DNA of 61,321 nucleotides, counting the filler, from Candidatus Babelota bacterium (lineage in GTDB: Bacteria > JAGOBX01): the NCBI GenBank assembly GCA_017999075.1. It is 6 parts of 6 records of this genome, joined end to end, with 100 filler letters (N's around TTAATTAATTAA, not from the genome) between each part and the next. Parts side by side here need not be neighbours in the genome. Positions count along the whole stretch, not along the records: positions 1 to 10,232 come from JAGOBX010000086.1; positions 10,333 to 20,557 come from JAGOBX010000087.1; 4 more parts are not named here. The stretch is one strand, 5' to 3'. A program made the translations under genes and the position numbers. Shown piece by piece: positions 1-11,737 of the stretch (the first letter of the stretch is position 1; every line of letters begins with the position of its first letter). The notes under the pieces are model-generated. The model worked only from the letters and a program-made list of their open reading frames with translations, did not search any database and had not been told where the DNA came from.

Positions 1-148
1 TTATAATATATTATAAAATTTTATTTAAAATAACCAAAAATAATCCCGGATTTTTTTGAAAAAAATATATATATTATTGTTTGTTTATTCTAATTTATTT
101 AATATTTATTGTCAACAAATTTCATTTAAAAATTGTTCTTAAAAAAAC

Positions 149-177
149 TTGATTTCTTAATTTTTAAGATATATCAT
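149..177 (+). promoter_or_regulatory. Putative sigma70 promoter of the amylase gene
   Basis: TTGATT(149-154)-17 nt-TATCAT(172-177); the AT-rich background lowers specificity. Confidence 0.4.
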
Positions 178-243
178 CATTTAAATAATATGAGTTAATC
201 AAAAAATAAAAAAATATTATATCTGATTTTCTCATTTTCACAA

Positions 244-2064
244 TTGCCAAACATGGAAAGTGTTAAATTAATGAAAAAAAAAATCATATTTTTTTATCTG
301 ACCTTAATTATTATTTTAATATTTAATAATTATAATTCAAAACTTTTCGCTTCAGAAATTCTCAATACTGAAATAATATACCAAATTATGATAGACAGAT
401 TCTTTGATGGAAACCCTGAAAATAATTTTAACACTGACAAATCAAATCCTAATGCATATCATGGAGGAGATTTAACAGGAATATCAAAAAAAATTAATTA
501 TTTAAAGGATCTTGGTATAACAGCTTTATTATTATCCCCATTGAACGACAATAGAAACAATCAGTTTTTCGGAGCTTATGGTTTTCACGGATATTGGATT
601 TCTGATTTTTATAAAATTGATGAACATTTCGGAAATGAAAACGATTTAAATTTTCTTGTTTCAGAATTAAAAAAAAATAAAATAAAATTAATTATAGACA
701 TAGTTTTGAATCATATTGAATGGGACGGTGAATTAAAAAAAACGAATCCTGATTGGTTTAACTCAAACGGAGACATTAAAAACTGGAACGACCAAGAAGA
801 AATTGAATCCGGCAATATGGGCGGACTTCCTGATTTTAACCAGAATAATCCCGAAGTATATGATTATTTATTAAACATGACAAAACATTGGATAAAATCA
901 ACTGATTGCGATGGAATCAGGCTTGATGCAGTCAAACATATTCCGAAAAGTTTCTGGACGAAATTCATAAGCGCTATAACAGAATATGCATACAGCATTG
1001 GGAAACGCGAATTTATCATTATAGGCGAAGTTTTGCATGGCGACCCTTTTTATGTGCGAGATTATTTCAAAACCGGAATCCCTGAGCTATTTGATTTTCC
1101 CTTATATTACAAAATAATAGAAACCGTAGCCAAGTCAGGAAATATGTCAATGATTGCAAACCTGATCAACAACGATAAAATATATCCTGAAAATTTTCAT
1201 TCAGCAACATTCATTGATAATCACGATGTTCCAAGATTTTTTTCATCAGCTTCAGAAAACATTGACAAACTCAAGCTTGCTCTCGGTCTAATTTTTTCAA
1301 TACGCGGAACTCCTGTTTTATATTATGGAACTGAATGTCCTTTATCCGGAACAGATGAAAATTCAGGAAGATCTGATATGATTTTCGATATCAATTATAA
1401 ATTATACGAATTTATTAAAAAACTTATTTCTATAAGAAAAAATAACGAATCATTGATTTCAAAAAATTTCATTGAACTTTACAAAACCGACGATGTTCTT
1501 GTTTTTGCAAAAATATCGAAAAATGAAGAATCAATTATTGTCTCAACAAATTCTTCTTACTCAAAAAATATCGAATTTAATTTATTTGAAAATTCGTTAT
1601 TGAAACCAGGCGAAATTCTTATGGATTATTTAACCGGAGAAACAGTTTCTATAATTGGAAAAAAAATTTATATTTCAGATTTAAAACCTTATTCAATAAT
1701 GATTTTCAATAAAAAATACAATTCTCCGGTATTTAAAGATTATATCGTTTCTTTAAATGATAATAAAGGAACATCTAAAGTTTCATTCATAATAAATAAT
1801 GATAAAACAAAATACGGTCAGCAGATTTATATTTCAGGGAATACAGACGAGTTCGGAAATTGGAATCCTGATAAAGCAGCAGGGCCTTTTTCATGTCCTC
1901 ACTGGCCTGAATGGAATTTAGATATAAATTTACCTTTAAATAAATTCTTGGAATATAAATTTATCATTAAAGACGAAAAATCCGTCATTTGGGAATCAGG
2001 AGAAAACCGAACTTTAAAAATTGATAAAAATGAAATTGAAATCAAAACCAAATGGCGTGAATAA
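244..2064 (+). CDS. Secreted GH13 alpha-amylase/CGTase-like enzyme with C-terminal CBM20 starch-binding domain (likely start ATG 271)
   Basis: YQIMIDRFFDG, HGGDLTGI, GFHGYW, DIVLNH, GIRLDAVKH, GEV and FIDNHD conserved regions; MKKK plus hydrophobic signal peptide; C-terminal TKYGQQIYISGNTDEFGNW...LEYKFI...WESGENR CBM20 pattern. Confidence 0.9.
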   Translation: MPNMESVKLMKKKIIFFYLTLIIILIFNNYNSKLFASEILNTEIIYQIMIDRFFDGNPENNFNTDKSNPNAYHGGDLTGISKKINYLKDLGITALLLSPLNDNRNNQFFGAYGFHGYWISDFYKIDEHFGNENDLNFLVSELKKNKIKLIIDIVLNHIEWDGELKKTNPDWFNSNGDIKNWNDQEEIESGNMGGLPDFNQNNPEVYDYLLNMTKHWIKSTDCDGIRLDAVKHIPKSFWTKFISAITEYAYSIGKREFIIIGEVLHGDPFYVRDYFKTGIPELFDFPLYYKIIETVAKSGNMSMIANLINNDKIYPENFHSATFIDNHDVPRFFSSASENIDKLKLALGLIFSIRGTPVLYYGTECPLSGTDENSGRSDMIFDINYKLYEFIKKLISIRKNNESLISKNFIELYKTDDVLVFAKISKNEESIIVSTNSSYSKNIEFNLFENSLLKPGEILMDYLTGETVSIIGKKIYISDLKPYSIMIFNKKYNSPVFKDYIVSLNDNKGTSKVSFIINNDKTKYGQQIYISGNTDEFGNWNPDKAAGPFSCPHWPEWNLDINLPLNKFLEYKFIIKDEKSVIWESGENRTLKIDKNEIEIKTKWRE

Positions 2065-2142
2065 CCATATAAAATAACACCAAAAACATTCGCCTTAAAA
2101 AACAGGACATTTAAAAATAAAAAGTTTTTCTTTAAGTTAACC

Positions 2143-3423
<1,281 letters not shown>

Positions 3424-3438
3424 GACAAAATCTCCATT

Positions 3439-4554
3439 TTATTTTTTAAATAAATATTTTAAAACATCTTCTGTCCGCAAAGACCACCAGTATTCGTTAT
3501 GCCTGCCGCCTTTTATTATACTGAATTTATAATCAATCATATCAGAAGATTTATTTTGATTTTTTATAGCATTTTCTAAAATTTCACAATGTTCAACAGC
3601 ATTTTCATACCATTTCAAAACTCCTGCTTGTTCAAATTCGTCTGTACCTATATCTATCCATAATTTCAATTTATATCCGAGATTTTTGGATTCAATCATA
3701 TTTATTATTTTCAGATCAGACCAGTAAAGCGCAGGAGAAATAATTCCTGCTTTCCCGAATGTTTCCGGATATTCAAAAACAGCATACAAAGATATTAATC
3801 CGCCTAAAGACGAACCGGCAATTCCGGTATAATCTCTGCCGCATTTAGTTCTATAATTTTTGTCAATAAACGGTTTAAGAGTTTCCTTTATGAATTTTAT
3901 ATAACTATCTCCTTTACCTCCGCCCCTTATATCATCAATATATGGCGAATATTCATTTATCCTGTCAGAAGTATTGTAAATACCAACAACAATAATTTTT
4001 TCAATTTCATTCATTTTTATCAATTTTTCTACAGTTTCATCGACCATCCATTCAATCCCTGAAAACGAAGTTTTAGCGTCAAAAATATTATTGCCGTCAT
4101 GCATATACAAAACCTGATATCTGTTTTTTTCATATTCATAATTATCAGGTAAATATATTATAATTGTTCTGTAATTATCCAGCTGCGGTGAATAAAAATT
4201 ATAATGAAATCTTACATTCCCTGTCAAAGTATTGTATCTACCTGAGGAATATGACCAAAGATTCACTTTGTCAAATATTCTGAATTTTTCATCAACTTTT
4301 ATTTTTCTGTTATTAATTTCAGCATTATCATGACCTTTTTCAGAATCTGCCCAGGATCCAAGCAAATATTTATATTCCGTTGTTTTTATTTTACACTCAG
4401 GAATATCAATTTTTTTCGAACAAAAATTTTTCGTTATTCTATCAAGTTTGATTACAGGATTCCAGTTACCCAATTCTTCTATGTTCCCGGATATATAAAC
4501 ATCGGCTGATCGAGGAGTGTTTTCCGGAACAGCAACATTAAATTCTATCAACAA
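3439..4554 (-). CDS. Alpha/beta-hydrolase (putative esterase family) with N-terminal CBM20-like domain
   Basis: N-terminal VYISGNIEELGNWNP...EYKY; YLPDNY, VLYMHDGNN, GSSLGG nucleophile elbow, GGRHNE. Confidence 0.82.
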   Translation of the reverse strand: MLIEFNVAVPENTPRSADVYISGNIEELGNWNPVIKLDRITKNFCSKKIDIPECKIKTTEYKYLLGSWADSEKGHDNAEINNRKIKVDEKFRIFDKVNLWSYSSGRYNTLTGNVRFHYNFYSPQLDNYRTIIIYLPDNYEYEKNRYQVLYMHDGNNIFDAKTSFSGIEWMVDETVEKLIKMNEIEKIIVVGIYNTSDRINEYSPYIDDIRGGGKGDSYIKFIKETLKPFIDKNYRTKCGRDYTGIAGSSLGGLISLYAVFEYPETFGKAGIISPALYWSDLKIINMIESKNLGYKLKLWIDIGTDEFEQAGVLKWYENAVEHCEILENAIKNQNKSSDMIDYKFSIIKGGRHNEYWWSLRTEDVLKYLFKK

Positions 4555-4637
4555 TTTTTCACATCCATAACTGTTTTTTATATTGAAAAAGCGAACTGCG
4601 ATTTTCAGTTTTTCAATTCAAATTTTTCAATCAAGGC

Positions 4638-5279
4638 TCACTCTGATAATTCAATAAAACATTGTTTTATTGTTTCATAATCAAAACCTTTGTTAAATAA
4701 AAACCTCTTTATTTTATCTTTCAAATCATGATCTTCATTCAAAAGTTCAATATTATTATGTGTTTTCTTCAAAATCAATTTTTTACAGGTTTCAAGATCA
4801 GTGTCTAAACAATCACAATTATTTTTCAAATCTGAAACAGCGTTTTCTATAATGTTTCTGTCTATATTTTTCAGTAAAAGTTCATTTTTGATTTTTCTTA
4901 GCGGTTTTTTATTTAATTTAACCTGATCGTTTATATAACTCCTGGAATAATCATTATCGTCAATCAATTTCAAATACTTGTATTTTTCAATAATTGCATC
5001 AATTACTTTCAGGCTTATCTGATTTTTTTTCAATTCGTTGACGATTTCAAATTCTGTACGTTTACGGGATTTTAATTTTCTTATTATTATTTCTTCAGCA
5101 ATCAATTTTTCAATTTTTTCAATTAAAAAATCCGCCTCTGAAAAAGATAATGCCATTCCATTAAATACGCCTGTTTTATTATAAACTTTAACAGGCATAA
5201 TTTTTTCAAAACCATTTGAAAACCTTACAATATTTTTTCCATTAGAAACTTTGCCGCAATATATTTTAACTGTATCCAT
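4638..5279 (-). CDS. recX: Regulatory protein RecX
   Basis: LKSRKRTEFEIVNEL, LIDDNDY and KIKRFLFNKGFDYETI three-helix repeats. Confidence 0.8.
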   Translation of the reverse strand: MDTVKIYCGKVSNGKNIVRFSNGFEKIMPVKVYNKTGVFNGMALSFSEADFLIEKIEKLIAEEIIIRKLKSRKRTEFEIVNELKKNQISLKVIDAIIEKYKYLKLIDDNDYSRSYINDQVKLNKKPLRKIKNELLLKNIDRNIIENAVSDLKNNCDCLDTDLETCKKLILKKTHNNIELLNEDHDLKDKIKRFLFNKGFDYETIKQCFIELSE

Positions 5280-5335
5280 TATTTTTTTAACAAACCGGAT
5301 TGCTCATACGGTTTTCCCCGAAATTTTGAAATAAC

Positions 5336-7417
5336 CTAACCGACGACAGCTCCTGATTCTATATCATGTTCAGGAGTTACTAAAACAAGCTTGCCATTAA
5401 TTTTAGCTGCAAGCAGCATCCCCTGTGAATCTATATTGAATATTTTTGCTGGTTTCAAATTATATACTATCACAATTTTTTTCCCGGTAAGCTGTTCAGG
5501 TTTATAAAATTCAGCTATACCTGCCACAATCTGTCTTTTTTCGTCTCCAATTTTTATTTGTAATCTCACAAGTTTTTTGGATTTAGAAACGTTTTCAGCT
5601 TCCATTATTTCAGCAACTCTAAGCTGAACTTTGCCGAAATGAGCAATATCTATTATGTCAATAACATTTTCATTTTTAGTTGATTTATCCGATTCTGATA
5701 CAGATTTTTTTTCCCCTGAACATTCTGAAACCTGAGAATTTGTTAAATCTGCCAATTTTAAATTTTCTTCTTTAATCTGATTATCTTCTATTTTCACAAA
5801 CAAAATTTCAGGTTCAGAAATTTTATGCCCAGGTTTTAAAAAAATTTCACCTATGCTTGACCATTCCGAATCAGAACATTTTTTTTCTATATTAAGAAAT
5901 TTCCATATTTTTTCCGCTGTAAACGGCATAATAGGAAACATAAGCTGAGCAAGAAATTTAACCAAATTTATCGAAACATATAAACAATTGCCGCATTTTT
6001 CCTTATCATTTTTATAACAATGCCAGGGAGCTGAATCATTAAAATATTTATTGCAGTCTTTTGCAAGAGACATAAAAACCTTGGCGGCTTCTTTAACTTG
6101 AAATTTAGATAATAATTCAGCCATATTATCGCGCGTTTCTTTGACTTTAAGCAAAATTTTTTCAGATGATTCATCAAGGTTAACAGGTTCCTGAACCTCA
6201 AAATTATAAAAATTCTTAATAAAAATAGCTGCCCGATTCACAAAATTTCCGATATTATCAGCAAGTTCATTATTATTTTTTTCCTGAAAATATTCCCAAG
6301 AAAAATCAGTATCTCTTGATTCCGGAGCATTTGCCGCAACAGCGTATCTTAACGAATCAGGATTATATTTTTCAACTACATCATTAACCCAGATCGCAAA
6401 ATTTCTTGAAGTTGAAATTTTCTGGCTGGAAATATTTAAAAATTCATTTGCAGGAATTTCAGACGGAAGCTCTGCATATCCTGAAGCAAGCAGAATTATC
6501 GGCCATACAATAGCATGAAAAACTATATTGTCTTTACCAATAAAATGAATAATTCTGGTATTTTCTCCACGCCAGTATTTTTCCCATTCGTCTTTCTTCC
6601 CTATTTTTTCAGACCATTCTTTTGTGGCCGATATATAGCCTATAGGAGCTTCAAACCAGACGTATAAAACCTTGCCTTCGGCATCTTTCAAAGGAACTTT
6701 TATTCCCCAATTTATATCTCTTGTAATTGCCCGTTCTCCAAGACCTTCGGTAAACCATCCTTTACAAAAATTTTTCACATTATCTTTCCATTTTTTCGAA
6801 TTTATCCATTCTTCAATACGCTTTTGAAATTTATTCATTTGCAGAAACCAGTGTTTTGTCTGTTTTATAACCGGAATTCCTCCGCAGATTTTACATTTTG
6901 GTTGTTTTAAATCAGTGGGTTCAATCCATTTTCCGCATTTTTCACACTGGTCTCCGCGTGCGCCATCACTTCCGCAATGAGGACATATTCCTTCTATATA
7001 TCTGTCAGCAAGAAACATATTGCATTTGTCGCAATAAAACTGTTTAATTTCTTTTTCAACAAGATTATTATTTTCATAAATTTTCAGAAATATCTCCTGA
7101 GCTGTTTTGTGGTGGGTTTCAATACTGGTTCGTGAATAATTATCAAATGAAATACCAAGTTTTTCAAATGTTTTTTTATTCATTTCATGATATCTGTCTA
7201 TGATAACCTGCGGACTTACTTTTTCTTTTTCAGCGGTAATTGTTATAGGTACACCGTGCTCATCAGAACCGCAAATAAAAACAACATCTTTCTTCTGCAT
7301 TCTTGAAAACCTCACAAACACATCAGCCGGAAGATACGCTCCTGCTATATGTCCAATATGCAGCGGCCCGTTTGCATAAGGAAGCGCGCTTGTAACTAAT
7401 ATTTTATTAGAATCCAT
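5336..7417 (-). CDS. metG: Methionine--tRNA ligase with C-terminal tRNA-binding (Trbp111-like) domain
   Basis: TSALPYANGPLHIGH, zinc-knuckle cysteines, YVWFEAP, FIGKDN, KISTS, C-terminal RQIVAGI...NLKPAK...SQGMLL. Confidence 0.97.
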   Translation of the reverse strand: MDSNKILVTSALPYANGPLHIGHIAGAYLPADVFVRFSRMQKKDVVFICGSDEHGVPITITAEKEKVSPQVIIDRYHEMNKKTFEKLGISFDNYSRTSIETHHKTAQEIFLKIYENNNLVEKEIKQFYCDKCNMFLADRYIEGICPHCGSDGARGDQCEKCGKWIEPTDLKQPKCKICGGIPVIKQTKHWFLQMNKFQKRIEEWINSKKWKDNVKNFCKGWFTEGLGERAITRDINWGIKVPLKDAEGKVLYVWFEAPIGYISATKEWSEKIGKKDEWEKYWRGENTRIIHFIGKDNIVFHAIVWPIILLASGYAELPSEIPANEFLNISSQKISTSRNFAIWVNDVVEKYNPDSLRYAVAANAPESRDTDFSWEYFQEKNNNELADNIGNFVNRAAIFIKNFYNFEVQEPVNLDESSEKILLKVKETRDNMAELLSKFQVKEAAKVFMSLAKDCNKYFNDSAPWHCYKNDKEKCGNCLYVSINLVKFLAQLMFPIMPFTAEKIWKFLNIEKKCSDSEWSSIGEIFLKPGHKISEPEILFVKIEDNQIKEENLKLADLTNSQVSECSGEKKSVSESDKSTKNENVIDIIDIAHFGKVQLRVAEIMEAENVSKSKKLVRLQIKIGDEKRQIVAGIAEFYKPEQLTGKKIVIVYNLKPAKIFNIDSQGMLLAAKINGKLVLVTPEHDIESGAVVG

Positions 7418-7575
7418 AAATTTCCAATCACCTCATAATATTTTGCCTAAAATCATATAATATAAAAAAAACGAATATATTCTGAAACAATAAACATAAA
7501 AACATAAATATATGTTTTTTATATTTTCTGTTATAATATGGTTTATATTAAAATTCAAGATAAATAATATTTTAC

Positions 7576-7604
7576 TTGACATAATTCCATTATTTTTTTA
7601 TTAT
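7576..7604 (+). promoter_or_regulatory. Putative sigma70 promoter of fliN
   Basis: TTGACA(7576-7581)-17 nt-TATTAT(7599-7604). Confidence 0.55.
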
Positions 7605-7745
7605 ATATATGCAAATGTTTAATATATTTTGGCAATTTTTTTATAAGACAGATTTAGTTGAATAATTTATAAAAACATTCAACTGAATTTTATTTTTGAT
7701 AAACATCATTTTTCCGGTTTATCCGGTTTTTAGGAGTTGGTATAA

Positions 7746-8246
7746 ATGGCAGATATGTTAACACAAGATGAAATTAACGCATTATTAGCTCAAACCGGCG
7801 GAGATGATTCTTCTGATTCATCTTTTGGAGGACTTGGCACCGGGGCTCCTGCTCCTGACATTTCATCTGTATCAGTATCGGCTCCTGCTCCTGTTATGCA
7901 GCCTGCAGCAGCGCCAATATCTCAACCACAACCCACAATCTCATATACGCCTCCTTCAGTATCAGTTCAAATGCCTGTAAAAGGAGACATGGGATATTTC
8001 GGAGATATTTCCTTAAAAATGTCTGTTTTTCTTGGTAAAACAAAAATGCCTTTAAAAGAAGCTCTCAAACTTGCAAAAGGTTCTGTAGTAGAACTCGAAA
8101 AAATTCAAGGAGAATATGCTGATATTTTTATTAACAACAAACTTTTTGCCAGAGGAGAAATAGTGCTTGTTGATGAAAATTTCGGAATCAGAATAAAAAA
8201 AATAATTGATATAGAAGAACGGGAGCAATTATTAAAACGCCAGTAA
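7746..8246 (+). CDS. fliN: Flagellar motor switch protein FliN (SpoA domain) with N-terminal FliM/FliY-type peptide
   Basis: C-terminal DISLKMSVFLGKTKM...GSVVEL...NNKLFARGEIVLVDENFGIRI; N-terminal LTQDEINALL; Pro/Ser-rich linker; AGGAG RBS. Confidence 0.85.
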   Translation: MADMLTQDEINALLAQTGGDDSSDSSFGGLGTGAPAPDISSVSVSAPAPVMQPAAAPISQPQPTISYTPPSVSVQMPVKGDMGYFGDISLKMSVFLGKTKMPLKEALKLAKGSVVELEKIQGEYADIFINNKLFARGEIVLVDENFGIRIKKIIDIEEREQLLKRQ

Positions 8247-8315
8247 TTTCCGATTACAAATACAATTCATTTTTTCAAATATTGACTATTAGATAAAATT
8301 CGGGGGAACTTGTAA

Positions 8316-9788
8316 ATGCTTCCATTAAACAGTCTTATATTTTTTTTAATATTTGACGCTATACTTATAAATTGCGGAATCATTATTTCCTTTTATTTAA
8401 AATTCAGAGGAAACGTTCCTGATTATAATCTTCAGGGGTATGAAGGATTATATATTTTTTTAACTTTTTCTTATTTTATAGGCATTTTCATAAACGGATT
8501 ATATAAAAAACCAGAAAATATATCTTACTATAAAATCATAAAAAATTCCGTTAAATCCGTAATAATTTCAACTTTATTATCAATGATGTTCGGATATATT
8601 TTACGTTCAGGAAGGGCAAATTCATTTCCTGCATCAGTATTTATTTTATCAATATTTATTAATTCGTTCATTCTGATTATTTCAAGAGCTTTATCAAAAT
8701 CTTTTGTTATAAACGTTAAATTTTACAATAAATTAATTGCGTTCATATTAAACAGAATACCAGAAACATTATTTATAACAGCAGGAATTTATGTTTCTTA
8801 TTTAATAAAATTCAGAACATTAAACATTCCGGAATATAATTTCAGTCCATTCGGGTTCAGTACATTTATAATATGCGTATCATATTATATTTTCATATAC
8901 AAATTCTTATTGTACAAATACAGCAGAGAACAGTCCAATATCTCAGTTTTGTATGTAACGGTAAAAACTACAATAGCTTCTTTTATTACAGGATCAGCGC
9001 TACTTTTCATTTTCCGTGAAAAAGTAATGGGATTCCCGTCATCAGTATATTTTATAAGCTGCATAATCAATTATTTTTCTCTGGCAATATGGCATATTTT
9101 GATAAGGCGCGGTTTTTTAAATGAAATTGAAGTTGATTTGGATGCCGAAGAACCTGAAGATGAAAATTGTGCAGACGCAGGTGAACTGCCCGCAGAACGA
9201 GATGGTTTTTCAACTTATTTCAGGGCATTTCATTCACCAACAAAATTTATTGAAAGTTTCAAAAATTTCGGTTCTGAATTTTTCAATTCATCAGTGATTT
9301 TGTTTTTAATAGGATGGTGGATGATACTTGTTTATATGGTTTTTATGCCTGATTATTTAAAAAATATTATTATACGAAACCCTGACAATTCTGCTGTTAT
9401 TCATAATGGTCCTCTATTTTCAAATATTACTTTTCTTACATTCGCCATAACAGTAGGTTCATTTTATATATTATGGTGTTTATTAAACCATATAATATTA
9501 AAATTTTTCAAGAAAGAAAATATGATAAGATTCTGGGCCGGAAGTTTTTATATATTTTCATTAAACATAGTTCTATATTTAATTTGGATTATATCCGGCA
9601 ATTTTTTTATTAAACCTGTTTCGATATCTGTTGCAGTTATAATATTCGCATGGCTATTTATTCTGAATGCCAAGTTAATATCAAAAATATTTGATGTAGC
9701 ATTTTTTAAATCAATTATTATAAATTTAATTTCATTATTTTTATCATCAGTTATAATAACAGTTATTATATTTTATATAAATAAATAA
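8316..9788 (+). CDS. Polytopic membrane protein: two tandem WcaJ/WbaP-N-terminal-like 4-TM modules plus a Yip1-like C-terminal domain
   Basis: Internal repeat (YLKFRG.NVPDYN...GLYK...FPASVFILS vs YLIKFRTLNIPEYN...LLYK...FPSSVYFIS), acidic linker, then FHSPTKFIESF and about 5 TMs; function unknown. Confidence 0.5.
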   Translation: MLPLNSLIFFLIFDAILINCGIIISFYLKFRGNVPDYNLQGYEGLYIFLTFSYFIGIFINGLYKKPENISYYKIIKNSVKSVIISTLLSMMFGYILRSGRANSFPASVFILSIFINSFILIISRALSKSFVINVKFYNKLIAFILNRIPETLFITAGIYVSYLIKFRTLNIPEYNFSPFGFSTFIICVSYYIFIYKFLLYKYSREQSNISVLYVTVKTTIASFITGSALLFIFREKVMGFPSSVYFISCIINYFSLAIWHILIRRGFLNEIEVDLDAEEPEDENCADAGELPAERDGFSTYFRAFHSPTKFIESFKNFGSEFFNSSVILFLIGWWMILVYMVFMPDYLKNIIIRNPDNSAVIHNGPLFSNITFLTFAITVGSFYILWCLLNHIILKFFKKENMIRFWAGSFYIFSLNIVLYLIWIISGNFFIKPVSISVAVIIFAWLFILNAKLISKIFDVAFFKSIIINLISLFLSSVIITVIIFYINK

Positions 9789-9793
9789 ACAAT

Positions 9794-10232
9794 ATGAACA
9801 TAAATAAATTCGAAGAAATTATACGAAATATACCTGTTTTTTCAAATTTACCTGAAGAACATCTGACACTTCTGCATAAACAATTTGAAAAAAAAAGTTT
9901 TCATAACCAAAGCATAATATTTTCAGAAAAGGATCCAGGACAGGACATGTTTATCATAATAAGCGGAGCAGTTGAGATATTCCAGGAACATAACAATAAG
10001 AAAAAAGTTCTTGCTGTATTAAAAGACGGTGATTTTTTCGGAGAAATATCTGTTCTTACTTCAATTGCCCGCACAGCGTCTGTTATGGCAGTTACAGATG
10101 TTGAAATACTTGTTTTAAACAAACAAAATTTAATAGAATTATTAAAAAAAAATTATAAATTTTCATTAAATATCATAAAAGCGTTATCCGAAAAACTTAT
10201 TAATGCAAATCAGCAGATCAACTGGCTTACTT
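9794..10232 (+). CDS. Crp/Fnr-family cyclic-nucleotide-binding protein, 3'-truncated by contig end
   Basis: IPVFSNL, IFSEKDPG, GDFFGEIS...RTASV phosphate-binding cassette; runs into the linker. Confidence 0.85.
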
Positions 10233-10332
10233 NNNNNNNNNNNNNNNNNNNNNNNNNNNNNNNNNNNNNNNNNNNNTTAATTAATTAANNNNNNNNNNNN
10301 NNNNNNNNNNNNNNNNNNNNNNNNNNNNNNNN
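10233..10332. other. Artificial contig linker
   Basis: 44 N + TTAATTAATTAA (stops in all six frames) + 44 N. Confidence 0.98.
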
Positions 10333-10379
10333 GCTGAAAAAATTTATGATGGATATTTGGATATACAGGATAATTTTAT

Positions 10380-11648
10380 ATGATAATCCAAAACATTAAA
10401 TCTGTAAAAGATTTGATTTTAAAGCGGTTTGAACTTAGTGATGAAACTGTTGTAAAAAAAGTTTCTGAAATATTGAGTGAAGTTAAAAAAAAAGGCGATA
10501 CAGCATTAATTAATTTTACAGAATTGTTTGATAAGGTAAAAATAAAATCAATAAAAGTTTCTGAATATGAAATTGAAGAAGCTGTAAAATCTGTTGATGA
10601 TAATTTTAAAGGGATTATATCTAAAATTATTAAAAATATTGAGAATTATCAGCGCAATACTTTGCCTAAATCATGGATAATTAATGAAAACGGTTCTGTT
10701 CTCGGAGAACTTGTGAATCCGCTTGAAAGCGTTGGACTTTATATTCCGGGCGGCACTGCTCCTTTGATTTCCACTATACTTATGAGCGCAGTTCCTGCGC
10801 GTATTGCAGGAGTTAAAAATATTTATTTATGTACTCCGCCTGATAAAACCGGTGCGGTAAACAAATATATGCTTGCAGCAGCGGCAATGTGTAATGTTAA
10901 CGGGATATTTAAAATTGGCGGAAGTCAGGCTGTAGCTGCTTTGGCGTATGGCACTGAAACTGTTCCCAAAACAGATAAAATAATAGGTCCTGGAAATATA
11001 TATGTAACAATAGCTAAAAAACTTGTTTATGGTGAAGTTAATATTGATATGATAGCAGGACCAAGTGAAATATTGATTTATTGCGATGATTCTGCAAATT
11101 CAGATTATGTTATTGCTGATCTGCTGTCTCAGGCGGAACACGATGTTATGGCTTCATCTTATCTTGTGACTACTTCAAAAAGAATTGCGGAAGAGGTATA
11201 TTCTAATATTTATAAAAAGGCTTCAAAGCTTAAAAGATTTAGTTTTATTGAAGAATCCTTGAAAAAAAACGGCAGGATTTTTTTGACTGAAGAAGAAGAT
11301 ACCGCAATTGAAATAATAAATAAAATTGCGCCTGAACATTTGGAAATTTGCGTTAAACAGCCTGAATACGTGATTCGCCGGATTAAAAATGCCGGCGCGA
11401 TATTTGTTGGTAATTATACTCCTGAACCCATAGGTGATTATTTTGCCGGACCAAGCCATATTTTGCCAACGTCCGGAACTTCAAAATTTTATTCGCCGGT
11501 TTCAGCAGATACTTTTGTAAAAAAAACAAGTTTGATTTCTTATTCAAAAAAAATGTTTATGGATTCTGCTGCAGATATTATTAAATTCGCAGAACTTGAA
11601 GAATTATCCGCTCATGCAGAGTCAATTAAAGAGAGACTGACAGAATAA
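10380..11648 (+). CDS. hisD: Histidinol dehydrogenase
   Basis: GLYIPGG, GPGNIYV, IDMIAGPSE, DLLSQAEHD, APEHLE, GDYFAGPSHILPT. Confidence 0.97.
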   Translation: MIIQNIKSVKDLILKRFELSDETVVKKVSEILSEVKKKGDTALINFTELFDKVKIKSIKVSEYEIEEAVKSVDDNFKGIISKIIKNIENYQRNTLPKSWIINENGSVLGELVNPLESVGLYIPGGTAPLISTILMSAVPARIAGVKNIYLCTPPDKTGAVNKYMLAAAAMCNVNGIFKIGGSQAVAALAYGTETVPKTDKIIGPGNIYVTIAKKLVYGEVNIDMIAGPSEILIYCDDSANSDYVIADLLSQAEHDVMASSYLVTTSKRIAEEVYSNIYKKASKLKRFSFIEESLKKNGRIFLTEEEDTAIEIINKIAPEHLEICVKQPEYVIRRIKNAGAIFVGNYTPEPIGDYFAGPSHILPTSGTSKFYSPVSADTFVKKTSLISYSKKMFMDSAADIIKFAELEELSAHAESIKERLTE

Positions 11649-11737
11649 AAAATTATTTTGAATTATAGTATTGCTTTTTATTATTGATGTTTTATGGAAT
11701 TTAGCTGAGAAAGCCGGATGAAGCGTTTTGATTTTTT

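Noticed and set aside
7498-7519. AAAAACATA/TATGTTTTT inverted repeat between metG and fliN
   Set aside because: Nearly all A/T in a very AT-rich spacer; expected by chance
10277-10288. TTAATTAATTAA palindrome repeated five times at ~10 kb spacing
   Set aside because: Always centred in N runs; a synthetic six-frame stop linker, not a biological repeat
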